In this document: positions 9,735 to 19,651 of the stretch, piece after piece | How the letters are laid out: each line of letters begins with the position of its first letter | Numbering within the stretch: the stretch's first letter is position 1 | From: Nostoc sp. | GTDB taxonomy: Bacteria; Cyanobacteriota; Cyanobacteriia; Cyanobacteriales; Nostocaceae | DNA length: 42,398 nt | Assembly (NCBI GenBank): GCA_036918135.1 | Contig: JBALDB010000061.1 | Location: 1-42,398, forward strand | Direction of reading: 5' to 3' | Notes under the pieces: model-generated | Database searches by the model: none | Told to the model about the DNA's origin: nothing | What the model saw: only the letters and a program-made list of their open reading frames with translations | Translations under genes and position numbers: made by a program

Positions 9735-10874
9735 TTATTTTTTGTAGTCGGTTTTGCAAGGGTAGCGATACCACCACATCACAAAGCCGGTAATGGATAA
9801 AATTAACGGAGCTAGACCAACGAAGATGTAGAGAATACGAGTGGGTAAGCCGCCGAAAGTGCCGTAGTGCAGTGGCTCGAAAGAATTGAGAATTTTGTCG
9901 CCTAACGATGCTTTTAACGAATTATCAACTCGTAAAAGCTGACCATTGTATCGATCCAGATAGACATTGCTCATGCCGTATTTCTCCCGCTCTTGGGGTA
10001 GCTTCATCCGCAATCGCAAGGGAGCTTTTGGGTCTGTCGTTAAGTCAATGCTCCGCAATGCTCCGTCGGGTAAGGCAAGGTGAGCCGTTTCCATCTGCTG
10101 GCTCAAGGGTAGAGGAGATTGATTTGCTAACGGCACAGAAACAAGCTCAGGTAGAGGTGGACTGAAGGTAATGGCACGAATCATTGGGTCAACATAGCCC
10201 AAATTCCAGGCAAATCCAGTAAAAAAGGTGAACAGTAAAAATATGGCGGTAGTTATACCAAATACCTTATGTAAATCGAAGTTAAGGCGCTTGGGGCGGG
10301 CATTCCATTTAATTTTGAAGCCTGCTGTCAGCTTGCGCCAACCGGGCCACAAAATAATTCCGGCGATCGCAACAATGCACATCCCTAAACCCACAACACC
10401 AACAATCTTTAAACCCAGATCGCCCAATTTCAATGAGGTGTGGAGTTCATAAACAATGCCAAGAAAGCGCTGTACGCCATTGGGATGCAGACTGTTGCCC
10501 AGAATTGCCCCCGTATAAGGGTTGACGTAGACTTCTACCCAATCTTTGCCCGGACTTGAGATGACGACACTAAAGAAATCATCCGGTTTAATTGGGAAAG
10601 AAACCCCTTGCAATGCCATTTCTGGCAGATTGGCATAGGCGGCTTTGACAATATCCAGAACGACTTCCAGCGATAAGCGATCGCCCTGGGGAATAATAGC
10701 GCCAAACTGTTGATGCAATTGAAACTCGTTGATTTCACGCTGGAAGACGATTAGACTGCCAGTTATGCCAACCAAGACGGCAATTAATGCGATCGCAAAA
10801 CCCAAGATGCGATGCAGAGTAAATATAATGTTGCGTAGTTTTTTATAACTCAAGGTAGACACTCCTTTGCACAA
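9735..10874 (-). CDS. PepSY-associated TM helix protein (iron-regulated membrane protein)
   Basis: LHRILG, GITGS, VYVNPYTG, ELH, DLHKVFG and PLHYGTFGG motifs; downstream of the TonB receptor. Start uncertain. Confidence 0.9.
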   Translation of the reverse strand: MCKGVSTLSYKKLRNIIFTLHRILGFAIALIAVLVGITGSLIVFQREINEFQLHQQFGAIIPQGDRLSLEVVLDIVKAAYANLPEMALQGVSFPIKPDDFFSVVISSPGKDWVEVYVNPYTGAILGNSLHPNGVQRFLGIVYELHTSLKLGDLGLKIVGVVGLGMCIVAIAGIILWPGWRKLTAGFKIKWNARPKRLNFDLHKVFGITTAIFLLFTFFTGFAWNLGYVDPMIRAITFSPPLPELVSVPLANQSPLPLSQQMETAHLALPDGALRSIDLTTDPKAPLRLRMKLPQEREKYGMSNVYLDRYNGQLLRVDNSLKASLGDKILNSFEPLHYGTFGGLPTRILYIFVGLAPLILSITGFVMWWYRYPCKTDYKK

Positions 10875-10898
10875 GCTCAGGCTTAATGAATTGGTAGG

Positions 10899-13487
10899 TC
10901 AAAAGGTAATTGAAATTGTTCCCTGTACAGTAAATGGTGCTTGGGGAAAGATAAGAGGCCAATTGGTTTCGTAATATCTGACATTAAAGATGTTCTTGAA
11001 ATTAAGTGCAGCTCGCCAATTATCACGTTTATAAGAAATGACAGCATCAGTTCTGACATAGGAAGGAAGAGTGATAATCGGGTCAAAGTAATCATTAACC
11101 CGATCGCCCACATAAAATATGCCTCCTCCAAACTGTAAGCCTTTCAAACTTCCCTTTTGAATCTCGTAGGTTGTCCACAGACTTGCACCCTGACTAGGAA
11201 TAGCTGGCAAAGCCCCCCCTATGATTGCCGGATTGCTGTCTTTGCTAGTATAGGTATCATTGAGATACGCAGAAGCAATAACTTTCCAACCAGGTGAGAT
11301 TTCGCCGGCAATATCGAATTCAATTCCTCGGCTTTTGACTTCTCCCAAGGCGATTGAGTATTGATTATTATCTGGGTCTGTGGTGGGGATGTTTGTTTTG
11401 GCAATGTCATAGGCTGCTAGTGATGTTATCAGCCGTCCATCAAAAAGCTCGGCTTTGACGCCAACTTCATACTGTGTACCACGACTCGGCTCTATTTGCG
11501 TCAGGTTTGCTCTTAGGGTTCCTAAGTTGCCTGTAAAAGAGCGACTGTAGCTGGCGTACAGCGAGATGGGTTCGATTGGTTGATAAACAATGCCTACACG
11601 CGGGGAAAAGGCTTGGGAGTCAGAACCGGACTTTCGCGGTTCGCTAGGAATACTGATGTCATCAATACTCTCAGTGTCTGTGCTGATAAAGTCATATCTA
11701 CCGCCTACAAGCAACTTGAGATTTGGCAGCAATGTCACCTGGTCTTGCAAGGCAATTCCGACAGTATCATTTCTACTGTTACTATCCGACGTAATAACCG
11801 CAGGGAAAGGGAAGCCATAGGTGGGATTGTAAATGTTTATCGACGGATATCCCTCATCAGCACCAAAGCCTGGATCGGAACTAAAACTTGGTTTCCATTC
11901 CAATCCTGCTAATAGTTGATGCTCAATAGAACCAGTTTTAAATTTAGCAATTAAATCAGTTTGCAGGATCAGCTTGGTGGAATTAGAATCACCACCGTAG
12001 AAGCCTCGCAACACTGTTTGACCATCTTCGGCAAAAGCATACTCATTGACCACAGCACTGTAATAATGTTCAAACTTCGCCTCAAACCGACTCCTGAGCC
12101 GGAGATGATCGTTAAACTGATGGTTGAGCGTTAAATCGATTTGATGGCTTTCAATGTCTTGAGCGGCATTGTAATCATTTAAAGAAAGATTGATCGGCAG
12201 ATTAAACGATCTAGGATCGTTGGGAAAGCCGCGATCGAAACTGGAGTCAAATTTTAGATATTCATAGGCGAAATCTAGGGTTGTCGAATCGCTGATTTTG
12301 TAGCTAAACGCAGGAGAAACAAAGAAAACCTTGTTGAAAACTAAATCCCGAAAGCTATCGGAATTCTCATAAGAAACATTCAACCGATACAACAACTTTT
12401 TATCAGTCGTCAGCGGCCCAGACAAGTCAATCGCCGAGTTGTAATAGTTATAGTTTCCAGCCGTGAAATCAGCAGCATAATAGGGGTTGCTCAGAGGTTT
12501 TTTCGTGACATAATTGACCACTCCACCCGGTTCCACTTGTCCATATAGTACTGAAGCCGGCCCTTTGAGTACCTCTACCTGCTCAATATTGGTGGCATTG
12601 GTGAAGATAGATTCAGTGGTAAATCCATCTTTTAAAGAGTTGGCATTAAAGCCACGAATGTTGACACCGTTTTCAGAATTACCATAGCCCGTTGTAAAAG
12701 ATGTACCAGACACATTACGAACAGCCTCATTAATCCGCGTGATTCCCTGATCCTTGATTACCTGCTGGGGAATCACCTGAATCGACTGAGGAATATCACG
12801 TAAAGGTGTATCAGTCCTAGTTGCAGTTGATGCTTCTGGTACAGTGTATCCATCTTGTTCGCCCGTCACTACAAGCTCGATTGGTTCATCACTCTGTGCT
12901 GAGGGTTGACTTGGCTGTGTCTGAGTTTCTGGCTGACTTGATGGCGTTTGAGGTTGCTGTACCGAGGATGCAGCAGTTGCAATAGAGAAGATGATACCTT
13001 CATCTGGACTATCAAACAACTCAACTGTTGGTACACCTGCCTCACCCGTCACACTCACGCGGATAGTATTGGCATCAAAGTTTGTTACCGTTATTTCACT
13101 AACCCCTGCAATTGGTTTAGTAGAGCGGAATATGAATGCTTCGCCCGATGGTAAACGCAGTTGGGCATTAGGAATATCAGCAATAAAATTATTGCCAGCA
13201 CTGCGATTGACTACTTGCAACTGTTGCCCTTTCGATGTTAGTAAAATCACCTCCACCCCTTTATTCGTTGGATTTGCCTTCACCGAAGTCACTTGTACAA
13301 CTTCACCCTCCTGGCTTTGGGCTTCTGGGTTCTGCTGTTGTATCTGAGCAAACCATTCTTTGAGCGTTCTTGCTGCCTGGTCTAGTTTTTGCACGCTATG
13401 AATTGCAGTTACTTGCTTTGCCTGAGTTGGTTGTATAACCACAGCAAGAAAAAAACAGGAAATAAACAGCGATCGCACCAGTTTCAT
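10899..13487 (-). CDS. TonB-dependent siderophore receptor with N-terminal AMIN domain
   Basis: Signal peptide, AMIN-like region, plug motifs ELVVTG/DIPQSIQV/EVLKGPASVLYG, C-terminal Phe. Start taken at MKLVRS (13487); the ORF track extends to 13526. Confidence 0.95.
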   Translation of the reverse strand: MKLVRSLFISCFFLAVVIQPTQAKQVTAIHSVQKLDQAARTLKEWFAQIQQQNPEAQSQEGEVVQVTSVKANPTNKGVEVILLTSKGQQLQVVNRSAGNNFIADIPNAQLRLPSGEAFIFRSTKPIAGVSEITVTNFDANTIRVSVTGEAGVPTVELFDSPDEGIIFSIATAASSVQQPQTPSSQPETQTQPSQPSAQSDEPIELVVTGEQDGYTVPEASTATRTDTPLRDIPQSIQVIPQQVIKDQGITRINEAVRNVSGTSFTTGYGNSENGVNIRGFNANSLKDGFTTESIFTNATNIEQVEVLKGPASVLYGQVEPGGVVNYVTKKPLSNPYYAADFTAGNYNYYNSAIDLSGPLTTDKKLLYRLNVSYENSDSFRDLVFNKVFFVSPAFSYKISDSTTLDFAYEYLKFDSSFDRGFPNDPRSFNLPINLSLNDYNAAQDIESHQIDLTLNHQFNDHLRLRSRFEAKFEHYYSAVVNEYAFAEDGQTVLRGFYGGDSNSTKLILQTDLIAKFKTGSIEHQLLAGLEWKPSFSSDPGFGADEGYPSINIYNPTYGFPFPAVITSDSNSRNDTVGIALQDQVTLLPNLKLLVGGRYDFISTDTESIDDISIPSEPRKSGSDSQAFSPRVGIVYQPIEPISLYASYSRSFTGNLGTLRANLTQIEPSRGTQYEVGVKAELFDGRLITSLAAYDIAKTNIPTTDPDNNQYSIALGEVKSRGIEFDIAGEISPGWKVIASAYLNDTYTSKDSNPAIIGGALPAIPSQGASLWTTYEIQKGSLKGLQFGGGIFYVGDRVNDYFDPIITLPSYVRTDAVISYKRDNWRAALNFKNIFNVRYYETNWPLIFPQAPFTVQGTISITF

Positions 13488-13530
13488 CACTCCACACACC
13501 CAACCGAATTTTCCAAACACAGTCAATCAC

Positions 13531-13549
13531 TTGAGAATTATTTTTAGAT
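13531..13549. promoter_or_regulatory. Putative Fur box upstream of the TonB receptor
   Basis: TTGAGAATTATTTTTAGAT resembles the AT-rich Fur inverted repeat; context is an iron-uptake gene. Confidence 0.55.
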
Positions 13550-13639
13550 AACTCTGTTTCATTGAGAATACAGAAATTTGCGCGATCGCATAGATACTGA
13601 AACCGGATTTTTTAAAGCGGAATCGGGATGTCATTTTTG

Positions 13640-14638
13640 CTACAAGCCTTTTTGCTGACGAAATTCTCTAGGAGTGATGCCAAATTGCCGCTTAAATAGA
13701 CACCTAAAATGAGTTATGCTTTCGTAACCTACTTGAGAAGCAATTTCTGCAACTGTGAGATTAGTGTCTCGGAGTAGCTGTTGGGCTTGCTCTAGTCGCA
13801 AAGATTGCACATATCCCAATACCGTAGTTCCAAACACTTCTCGAAATCCCCGTTTGAGCTTAAAGTCATTAAGTCCGATTTGTTTGGCTAGATTTAGTAG
13901 AGAAGGTGGATTTGGCAGCGTTTGATTTAAAATAGCTTTGGCATGATGCAAACGTTCAATTTCATTAGGACGAAAATGGAGCGATCGCTGTAATACCTGG
14001 TAATTTTCCTGCCATTGAGCAATCTGAAGTGTCAGTAGCTCCAACACCTTTGCTTCTAAATACATTTGTCTAAGTTTTTCTCGAAACGGACACTGCAATA
14101 TTTGTTTAAGTACCAACTGCATTGCAGGCGTAGTCACCCCTAGCGGCTGATGGAAAGGCTGTTTAATAGGATTTTCTTTCAACTGCTCGAGCAAAGCAGG
14201 CAACTCTTCAAAGCTTCCCCGGAAACTGTCAAGTAAATTAGGATGCCAATAAATTTTAATATTTTGAGCGTGCTGGTTCGCGGTATGATACTCAAATTCT
14301 CGAATATCAGGTAAGGAAAATAAGTAGTTGTAGCCTGCAACTTCTTCATAATCGTCACTGACTCCAGCTACATTTGGTGTCACAGTTCTTGTACCACCAG
14401 ACAGAAAAAATTTAGATGTCAGAAAAGGCGAATCATCGTGTTTTTCCTCAGAAATCACTTGTTGAGAATATTCATTATCAGAGATTGATAGCCCAAGGTT
14501 ATGGTGAAGTACTGTCCAGCGATGGCTGCTTTTACCAAACCAAGTAGACAATTGTGCTTTTCCCTCATTGTCATTAAACAACTGCACATCCTGGCAAAAT
14601 TCCCCAAAGTCTTCTGTGCCAGTTAGGTGAATAGTCAT
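13640..14638 (-). CDS. AraC-family transcriptional regulator (PchR-like)
   Basis: YLEAKVLEL, LAKQIGLNDFKLKRGFREVFGTT, IASQVGY..F..FKRQFGITP double HTH. Confidence 0.95.
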   Translation of the reverse strand: MTIHLTGTEDFGEFCQDVQLFNDNEGKAQLSTWFGKSSHRWTVLHHNLGLSISDNEYSQQVISEEKHDDSPFLTSKFFLSGGTRTVTPNVAGVSDDYEEVAGYNYLFSLPDIREFEYHTANQHAQNIKIYWHPNLLDSFRGSFEELPALLEQLKENPIKQPFHQPLGVTTPAMQLVLKQILQCPFREKLRQMYLEAKVLELLTLQIAQWQENYQVLQRSLHFRPNEIERLHHAKAILNQTLPNPPSLLNLAKQIGLNDFKLKRGFREVFGTTVLGYVQSLRLEQAQQLLRDTNLTVAEIASQVGYESITHFRCLFKRQFGITPREFRQQKGL

Positions 14639-14657
14639 GGTGATACTCTCAACTGAT

Positions 14658-14679
14658 TATTGAGAAATAGTATCTATTA
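14658..14679. promoter_or_regulatory. Putative Fur box upstream of the AraC gene
   Basis: ATTGAGAAATAGTATCTATT imperfect inverted repeat similar to the box at 13531. Confidence 0.5.
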
Positions 14680-14744
14680 GTAGGGAAAGCGAGTGCAACT
14701 GAAATATTGTGCAGCATGAGTATAATGGCGTAACCCACAATCTA

Positions 14745-14785
14745 GGCGATCGCCTTTGATTATCTACTTCATGAGTGCGAAACCA
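14745..14785 (+). repeat. 41-bp direct repeat, right copy (contains HIP1)
   Basis: GGCGATCGCCTTTGATTATCTACTTCATGAGTGCGAAACCA; 39/41 identical to 9640-9680. Confidence 0.9.
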
Positions 14786-14897
14786 TCGATAGAGATAAAC
14801 ATAGCTCTGATTTTGTTGGGAAAGCTTAAAGCTAAACGCTAAAGCATCTTCTGGTTAACCTGGAAAGTCAATTTAAAATTTGGTAGTTCAGCGCAAG

Positions 14898-17027
14898 TCA
14901 AACTCTGCCACATTGCTGATTTGCGGGTACGGCTTCCAGTATTTTTTTCGGTTGCGGTAAGTTGAGGTTTTTCATTTGTTCGATGAACTGGTTGCGGGTA
15001 CGTCCAGTAAACCGGGGATTCCAGCGCTTTTCTTCGCCAATAGTAGATACAGTCTGTCCTTGGTAGTCGTGACCGGGATACACTAAGGTGTCATCTGGTA
15101 ATGCAAATAGCTTTTGAGTCACAGCGTCATATAATGCCCCTGCATCGCCGTTTTGGAAGTCGGTACGACCGCAACCCCGGATAAATAAGGCATCTCCAGT
15201 TAACAGATGAGTGTCGTTGACTAGGTATGCCAGATGGCTATTAGTATGACCAGGGGTAGCGATCGCTCGAATTTGCACGCTCCCCAATTGCAAAATATTA
15301 CCATCGCCAATGTACTGGTCTGCACAGGTAGCCGCTGAATTCTCAGGTACAATACCTAAACAACTCGTCAGTGACCTGAGTCTGTCTGTACCAGTGATGT
15401 GGTCGGCATGGATGTGAGTTTCTAGACAGTAACGCAAGGTCAAATCTAATTGTTGCAAAACTTTTAAATCGCGTTCAACTTGTTCTAATACAGAATCAAC
15501 TAAGATGGCTGTTTTAGTTTCTAGGTCAGCAATCAAGTAAGTATAAGTACTCGATTCTTTATCGAACAGTTGACGAAATAGCATAACAGGTTTCTTCAAC
15601 GGCAACGATCGGTTTGCTTCCACAGCAGTAGCATGGGAATTGAGGGATTTGAGTAACTCTTGCGCCAAACTTGCTGCTTGAACCCGAATTTCACCAACAG
15701 CGGTGGTTTCCCAAAGATTACCTTTGCGCGGTGTCCCCAAGGTATACAGCATTTGAGATGCTTTGCCATCTGCATCAATCAGCGCCCCATTTGCGGCTGT
15801 GTCGATTCCGATTGACAATGAATTGGGACGAATCAAGCGTTGTTCTTGCAGGCTAGCTACCAATGGGTGCTGCAATCTACGGTAATCACAATTTGTGCCA
15901 GTGCAGTTTATAATTCGGTTGACTCGCAAAACAATATCTTTGTGCGTCCGGCGTTCGCAGATTTTCACATCTACGCCATTTTCTAACTGCTGACAGCTTT
16001 GAATTCGACCTGGGTAATGGGTGAGTTGACCAGACTCCATTGCAGCATCGAGTACTGCGGCAATTTCTTCGGCAATTCGATGACGGTGAACTTCCCAGTA
16101 TGCTTTCACATGACGCAAAAATCGCTTCTGTTCCGGTGATGGTAGTGCTTGCCAGAGTTGTTGAGTAACTGGACGAATGGCATCGATTACCCCACGCCAA
16201 TCTTGCCCTTGGCTAAGTGCTAACCGCAGTTCTTGACGTACTGTATGTAGCAGTCCTCGCGCAGTTTTTGGGGCAGTTTCGACATCAATAAATGCTGGAT
16301 AAGGAGTTGTTGATTTGTGACCATAAGGCATCAATCCGTGACGGGAGACACTATGGATTTTTCCCTGGAAACCTTGCTGGTGTAAAGCAACTACGGTATC
16401 TGCCATCGTTAAGCCGGTACCCACTAAGAGAATAGTATCCTCTGGATTCAAGTCAGCGATCGCATTACTCGACCAAGCATCTTTGAGATATTGCGGATCT
16501 AAACTCGCAATTGGTTTCGGCATAATTGCTGGGAAATTGCCCAAAGCTAACACAGCCTTTTGCACATCCAAATACTGACCACTGTTAAGGTATATTAGTG
16601 TGCTAGAGGATTTGGTTTCAATGGCGATCGCTTCATCGAAAATTCTCTCTAACTGCACATTCGCTGCTGCATCTATTTGTGCTGCTTTTAAAGTCGCTTG
16701 CACATAATCCCCATAAACTCGACGTGCAACAAAGGTGGATGCAGTTACCGACTCGTGACCGTTGCTGTGCAGCCAGTCGAGAAAGTGATTTGGTTCATCT
16801 GCAAATGCACTCATCTTACTAGCGGGTACATTCAGCAAATGACAATCCATTGGTGTACTGTAAGCAACTCCTTTGCCGACTTCAGAATTGCGTTCAATCA
16901 ATTTAATTGATAATGGTGTAGTTGCATGACGTAAAAGATTGGCTGCAACCAAAGAACCACTAAAACCACCACCAATAATCGCAATAGTTACTGGAGAAAC
17001 TGTTAGGGTAAAAATACTGCTATTCAT
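14898..17027 (-). CDS. Fusion of FAD/NAD(P)-binding oxidoreductase and ETHE1-like MBL-fold persulfide dioxygenase
   Basis: N-terminal part: IIGGGFSG, GVAYST, LLNVPA, GTGLTMAD, WEVHRHR. C-terminal part from 15584: MLFRQLFD, STYTY, THIHADH, TPGHT, GCGRTDFQ, YPGHDY. Confidence 0.9.
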   Translation of the reverse strand: MNSSIFTLTVSPVTIAIIGGGFSGSLVAANLLRHATTPLSIKLIERNSEVGKGVAYSTPMDCHLLNVPASKMSAFADEPNHFLDWLHSNGHESVTASTFVARRVYGDYVQATLKAAQIDAAANVQLERIFDEAIAIETKSSSTLIYLNSGQYLDVQKAVLALGNFPAIMPKPIASLDPQYLKDAWSSNAIADLNPEDTILLVGTGLTMADTVVALHQQGFQGKIHSVSRHGLMPYGHKSTTPYPAFIDVETAPKTARGLLHTVRQELRLALSQGQDWRGVIDAIRPVTQQLWQALPSPEQKRFLRHVKAYWEVHRHRIAEEIAAVLDAAMESGQLTHYPGRIQSCQQLENGVDVKICERRTHKDIVLRVNRIINCTGTNCDYRRLQHPLVASLQEQRLIRPNSLSIGIDTAANGALIDADGKASQMLYTLGTPRKGNLWETTAVGEIRVQAASLAQELLKSLNSHATAVEANRSLPLKKPVMLFRQLFDKESSTYTYLIADLETKTAILVDSVLEQVERDLKVLQQLDLTLRYCLETHIHADHITGTDRLRSLTSCLGIVPENSAATCADQYIGDGNILQLGSVQIRAIATPGHTNSHLAYLVNDTHLLTGDALFIRGCGRTDFQNGDAGALYDAVTQKLFALPDDTLVYPGHDYQGQTVSTIGEEKRWNPRFTGRTRNQFIEQMKNLNLPQPKKILEAVPANQQCGRV

Positions 17028-17892
17028 AAGATGTATGAGTTTAACTTACTGCTTTCTACTCATTAACTTACGCCGATTCAACTGAAAATTATGCCGATTG
17101 AAACCTGTGAATTGACACAAAACCCACATAGGCACATGAAAAAGTGGGAATTTAATTCCAGTGTCCAATTCTCCAAATCAAGAGAGTAGCGATCGCAATA
17201 TTAAACAAATTACAATCCTGATTCAATAAGCTTTTGTAACTATTCACCTAAAAGTTCTCTGTCTTTTGTATCCAAATCCGATGTAAATACCGTGGTTTTT
17301 AATTAGCCTTAAAATATCCTTAAAAAACCAAGAAATATACCTCGAACATTATTAAAACTTTCTAATACTACCTTTTTCTATTACAACAGACCTGATTTTT
17401 CACCAGGTATGGAAAATCAGGAGTAGTTCGCGTATAGCATTAGTGAACCACTTCCCTTTTGCAAATCACATAAAAAGTCAGTCGCAACACATAATTATTA
17501 GCATTGCACAAACAAACGATAAAATTTATGCATTAACTCCTGACTCTGTGTGCGCTTCTGTTGCCTCTGTGTGAGATAAATCATCCTTAACGCACTCTAC
17601 TGGTATGGCAAGACTAAAATGTTGCAAAAAAATTGTAGGTTGGCTTGACATAAGGAAACCCAACAAAGCCCCACTCACAATTTTCAAGACATCACAAATT
17701 CAACATTTTGAAATTCTTTTGTTGTAAAAATACATAAAAATCAAAATTTGAGATTATTCTCTATATTCCAGTAGGATATTGATATTGGTAATTTAAAGTT
17801 CCACTTGATATTGTTTAATAATCTCCGATGCTGGTGCAAAATTGCCATCAATCGATTAAATATTGCAAATTAATTAAGTAGAGACTAGAAAA

Positions 17893-19236
17893 ATGGATGT
17901 AGCAAAACGTCGCATTGGTCTTGAGCAAGAGTTTTTTCTAGTCAATGAGATGGGTGAAATCAGCACTCAGGCAGATGAATTTTTGCAAGCTTGTCATTCA
18001 GTTGCAGAAGCACAAGGACTGAAGCCAGAGTACTTTATGCCAGAGTTCGTCAAGAATATGGTGGAGATTAATACCCCTCCGGCGTACAGTGCCACAGAGT
18101 TAGCAAAAGAATATCTCAAAAATTTGAAACTAGCGATCGCTGTAGCTAGACAAATGAATTTAAGGCTTTATTCTCAGTCTAGCTACCCTCTACATATCAT
18201 GCCAGTCATGCGCGACCAGCCTAATTATCATATCCAAGCGCGGACTGTCGGCTACGATCAGTTTTTGCACGCTGGCAAATGTACGGGTACGCACATACAT
18301 CTAGAAGTACCACCAGGAGTGATTGATTCTCGTGTGGCAGTATCTTACAATTCCAAGGCGGTAGAGCGAGAAGAACTACTAAATATTTATAATTTAGCTA
18401 CAGCCTTCGACTCAGCGCTGATTTGCTTAACGCGATCGTGTCCGTTTTATGAAGGACGAGCGATCGGACTAGCTATGCACACGATTCGCTATCGGGGTAG
18501 CGAAACCTTTGATTGGGAAGGAGTTTACACTCATTTGCAGTCTGTCGGCGGACTGATGCCTTATGCTGACAGTGTTGAGAGTTTAGTTGAACAGCAATTC
18601 GCTCGCTATCATGCTTGGTTGTCAGCAATGGAGAAAGCTGGAATTGAGCCTCATCTTTTCAAAGAAGCGGGAGGAAGCTTACTCAAATCATCTTGGAACC
18701 CAATTCGACTCAACAAACTCGGCACTGTAGAGATAAGATGTATAGATAGCACCTTTCCTTCAGTAATAATTGCTATAATCGTACTTTTAGAAAAAGCTGC
18801 TCGCCGCGTGAGAACAGAACAATTAAAAGTCATACCAACAGAAGAAGTTTATACCTTTCAACTGAGTGGAAATCATCTTTTAGTACCAAATTTTCAATAT
18901 TTAAATGGTGAGTTACTATATGCTTCTGTTACAGAAGGAGTCAAGCATCCAAAAGTCAAAGCTTACGTAGATTCTGTGTTAGAGTTTGCAATTACTGAAG
19001 GTGGTGAAGGAACGAAGTATTTAACAAAACTCAGAGCAGAATTAGAGCAATATCAAAGTATTGAAGCTGGAATTCTGCAAGAATTTCCCGCTGCAACTGC
19101 CGAACTTTCACGAGAGCAAGGCTTGCGTTTAGTGCGGGAGTGCTGCGACAAGTTAGAAGCGCAGGTTTCATCGTTAGATAGCGAACATCCTTTAACAGCG
19201 TTAGATGAACTTACTGTTGTGAGCTATAAGTCCTAA
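17893..19236 (+). CDS. Glutamate-cysteine ligase family 2 (GCS2) / carboxylate-amine ligase
   Basis: IGLEQEFFLV, EF...VEINT, GTHIHL, WNPIR and TVEIRCID motifs. Confidence 0.85.
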   Translation: MDVAKRRIGLEQEFFLVNEMGEISTQADEFLQACHSVAEAQGLKPEYFMPEFVKNMVEINTPPAYSATELAKEYLKNLKLAIAVARQMNLRLYSQSSYPLHIMPVMRDQPNYHIQARTVGYDQFLHAGKCTGTHIHLEVPPGVIDSRVAVSYNSKAVEREELLNIYNLATAFDSALICLTRSCPFYEGRAIGLAMHTIRYRGSETFDWEGVYTHLQSVGGLMPYADSVESLVEQQFARYHAWLSAMEKAGIEPHLFKEAGGSLLKSSWNPIRLNKLGTVEIRCIDSTFPSVIIAIIVLLEKAARRVRTEQLKVIPTEEVYTFQLSGNHLLVPNFQYLNGELLYASVTEGVKHPKVKAYVDSVLEFAITEGGEGTKYLTKLRAELEQYQSIEAGILQEFPAATAELSREQGLRLVRECCDKLEAQVSSLDSEHPLTALDELTVVSYKS

Positions 19237-19651
19237 TATTTTTTACCTGATATCTACAGCAATTTCATAAGTAATTCCTCTCAGGGACTTAGAAATTAAA
19301 AAATCCTCAAATTGTATGGCGCATCATCAAATAATACAACTGTGAGACTCTAAATACTTAGTAAGAGTTGAGCAATGCTAAACTCCTACTGATACACTCT
19401 ACTAACTTAAATATTAGGTAATTTATTTTGAGTTTTTCTCTTAATTCAACGCGATTACACGAATAGCGAGCTGTTAATCTGACCTGATTACTTTGAGTTC
19501 AAAGAGAACATAAGCATTATGACTAATGACGTAGAAGGTTAGTACCTCAAAATACTCCTGATAACCTAGTCCTTATTGAATAAGTTTTGTGTAGAATCAG
19601 ATGATAAAGTTATTTACTTGATTCTGAATTGCAGCAATCTAGGTTTGATTT

